Below, piece after piece: positions 61,890 to 64,000 of a stretch of 64,000 bases of DNA. Position numbers and translations under genes: made by a program. Within the stretch, counting starts at the first letter, position 1; every line of letters starts with the position of its first letter. The notes under the pieces are model-generated. The model searched no databases. It worked only from the letters and a program-made list of their open reading frames with translations, and was not told the DNA's origin. This stretch comes from Polyangiales bacterium (lineage in GTDB: Bacteria; Myxococcota_A; Polyangia; Polyangiales; Ga0077539), in NCBI GenBank assembly GCA_044229975.1, contig JBGARZ010000010.1, positions 160,001 to 224,000 of the forward strand, in the 5' to 3' direction.

Positions 61890-63002
61890 ATGGCGCTCAA
61901 GATCGACCAGGACCACGCGCGCTTCCGCGACATCGTGAAGGGTCGCATCCGCGACAACCTCAAGCGCTACATCAGTCACGGTGATCTGGTTGCCCGGCAG
62001 GGCAAGGACACGGTGACCATCCCGGTGCCGCAGATCGACCTGCCGCGCTTCCGCTTCGGCGAGAAGCAGTCGGGCGGCGTCGGTCGCGGCAAGGGCGAGC
62101 CCGGCGACCCGATGGACGGGGGCGAGGAGGGCGAGGGGGACGGCAAGGGCAAGGCGGGCAAGGACGCCGGCGAGCACGCGCTCGAAGTGGAGGTGGCGCT
62201 CGACGACCTGGCGAAGATCCTCGGCGAAGAACTCCAGCTCCCGCGCATCGAGCCCAAGGGCAAGGCGCGCATCGTCGCCGACAAGGACAAGTACACGGGC
62301 ATCCAGCGGCAGGGCCCGGAGTCGCTCCGTCACTTCCGTCGCACGTACCGCGAGGCGCTCAAGCGGCAGATCTCGGCGGGCGGCTACAACCCCTCGAAGC
62401 CCGCCATCATCCCCATCCGCGAAGACCGCCGGTATCGCGGCACGAGCACCAGCGTTCAGCCCGTCGCCAACGCCGTCATCGTCTACATGATGGACGTCTC
62501 CGGCTCGATGGGTGATGAGCAGAAGGAGATCGTCCGCATCGAGAGCTTCTGGCTCGATACGTGGCTGCGCTCCCAGTATCAGGGGTTGGAGTCGGTCTAC
62601 ATCATCCACGACGCGGTGGCGCGCGAGGTCGACCGCGACACCTTCTTCCACACACGGGAGTCGGGCGGAACGATGATCTCTTCGGCGTACAAGCTGTGCG
62701 CGGACATCCTGGGCAAGCGCTATCCCTCCTCCGACTGGAACGTCTATCCGTTTCACTTCAGCGACGGTGACAACTGGTCGGTGGACGACACGTTGCAGTG
62801 CGTCGATCTGTTGAAGACGAAGATCCTGCCGGGGTCGAACATGTTCTGTTACGGGCAGGTGGAGAGCCCGTACGGGTCGGGGCAGTTCGTGAAGGACCTG
62901 CGCGAGCACCTGGGGAAGGACGAGCGCGTGGTGACCTCGGAGATTCGCGACAAGGACGCCATCATGGAGTCGATCAAGGAATTCCTGGGGAAGGGACGCT
63001 AA
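61890..63002 (+). CDS. yeaH: YeaH/YhbH (DUF444, vWA-like) protein
   Basis: [34 protein letters not shown]. Confidence 0.92.
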   Translation: MALKIDQDHARFRDIVKGRIRDNLKRYISHGDLVARQGKDTVTIPVPQIDLPRFRFGEKQSGGVGRGKGEPGDPMDGGEEGEGDGKGKAGKDAGEHALEVEVALDDLAKILGEELQLPRIEPKGKARIVADKDKYTGIQRQGPESLRHFRRTYREALKRQISAGGYNPSKPAIIPIREDRRYRGTSTSVQPVANAVIVYMMDVSGSMGDEQKEIVRIESFWLDTWLRSQYQGLESVYIIHDAVAREVDRDTFFHTRESGGTMISSAYKLCADILGKRYPSSDWNVYPFHFSDGDNWSVDDTLQCVDLLKTKILPGSNMFCYGQVESPYGSGQFVKDLREHLGKDERVVTSEIRDKDAIMESIKEFLGKGR

Positions 63003-63007
63003 GGCAC

Positions 63008-64000
63008 ATGGAGTCGACGGGCCTGCGGGCGGAGCTTCCCGAGTACCTTCGCGAGTGGCAGGAGAAGATCGAGGCGTACGCGCGGCGCAGCGGGCTCGAT
63101 TTCTTCCCACAGGTCTTCGAGGTGCTCAGCTTCGACGAGATGAACGAGGTGGCGGCGTTTGGGGGGTTTCCCACGCGCTATCCCCACTGGCGCTGGGGGA
63201 TGGACTACGAGCGGCTGAAGAAGTCGAGTGAGTACGGGCTGTCACGCATCTACGAGATGGTGATCAACAACAACCCGTGCGTGGCCTATCTGTTGGAGGG
63301 CAATTCGCTCACCGACCAGAAGCTGGTGATGTCGCACGTGTGCGGTCACAACGACTTCTTCAAGAACAACTACGCCTTCAAGGTGACCGACCAGGATCGG
63401 CGGCCGCCCGAGCGCGCCGAGGACATGGTGGTGTCGCGCATCGACCGGCTGCCCACGCGGCGCTGGATCGACACCTTCGCCAACCACGCCTCGCGCATCC
63501 GTCGCCACATGGACCGCTACGGGGTGAGCCCGGTGGAGGAGTTCATCGACGTCTGCCATTCATTGGAGAACCTCATCGACCCGCCGGGGCGCATGTTGGA
63601 GGGTCGTGCGCGGGAGCCGGAGCGGGACGAGAACGCGCCGGCGGAGGAGGTTCCGCGGTTGAAGTCGAGCGGGTACATGGACTCGTTCATCAACCCGAAG
63701 GAGTACCTCGACGCGCAGCGCAAGAAGATGGACGCCGAAGCCCAGAAGGCGCGGCGCTTTCCCGAGAAGCCCGTGCGGGACGTGCTGTGGTTCCTGTTGG
63801 AAAACGCCCCACTGGAGAAGTGGGAGCGCGACGTGCTGGAGGTGATTCGCGAGGAGGCGTATTACTTCTGGCCACAAGCGCAGACCAAGGTGATGAACGA
63901 AGGGTGGGCCTGCCTGCACCCCGACAGCATGGTGTTTACGCGTTCGGGCGTGATCACGATGCGCGAGCTGGTCGAGGGCGGCAGTGACACGGTCTTCGAC
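63008..64000 (+). CDS. spoVR: SpoVR/YcgB family protein, intein-interrupted, truncated by window end
   Basis: Manual translation: [48 protein letters not shown]; absent from ORF track because it has no stop in the window. Confidence 0.92.
   Translation, partial: MESTGLRAELPEYLREWQEKIEAYARRSGLDFFPQVFEVLSFDEMNEVAAFGGFPTRYPHWRWGMDYERLKKSSEYGLSRIYEMVINNNPCVAYLLEGNSLTDQKLVMSHVCGHNDFFKNNYAFKVTDQDRRPPERAEDMVVSRIDRLPTRRWIDTFANHASRIRRHMDRYGVSPVEEFIDVCHSLENLIDPPGRMLEGRAREPERDENAPAEEVPRLKSSGYMDSFINPKEYLDAQRKKMDAEAQKARRFPEKPVRDVLWFLLENAPLEKWERDVLEVIREEAYYFWPQAQTKVMNEGWACLHPDSMVFTRSGVITMRELVEGGSDTVFD
63911..64000 (+). mobile_element. N-terminus of an intein in SpoVR
   Basis: After NEGWA the expected S-Y/F-W-H is replaced by [21 protein letters not shown] (Hint block A). 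Confidence 0.85.

Overview
Very GC-rich bacterial DNA (roughly 70% or more by eye). Gene content suggests a myxobacterium (Myxococcota, Polyangiales-like), which is an inference from the Cys-rich surface lipoproteins, IgGFc-binding and FG-GAP proteins, orphan vgrG and NtrC regulator. About 45 genes can be supported; no rRNA, tRNA or CRISPR array was seen. Most striking is a lipid-oxygenation locus (about 44.5-56.3 kb). A plant-type CYP74-like P450 (I-helix FNATGG, extended Cys loop) converges on an atypical lipoxygenase. The lipoxygenase ends a radical SAM - desaturase - ASPIC/UnbV operon that is divergent from two JmjC dioxygenases, making this a candidate bacterial oxylipin pathway. Other notable items: a CHAT-STAND-WD40 protein with a second caspase-fold protease and a patatin (NLR-like immunity candidate); an orphan vgrG-PAAR-effector cassette; an intein starting in SpoVR; an IS1380-like element inserted into a 98-bp-arm palindrome; a rifamycin-associated-element-like motif before a Rox-like monooxygenase; an Rpn-like gene with an internal start; a radical SAM/SPASM plus small-peptide operon; and a ferritin-like/carbamoyltransferase/DUF5989/SGNH module. 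All family calls come from motif recognition by eye, not from database searches.
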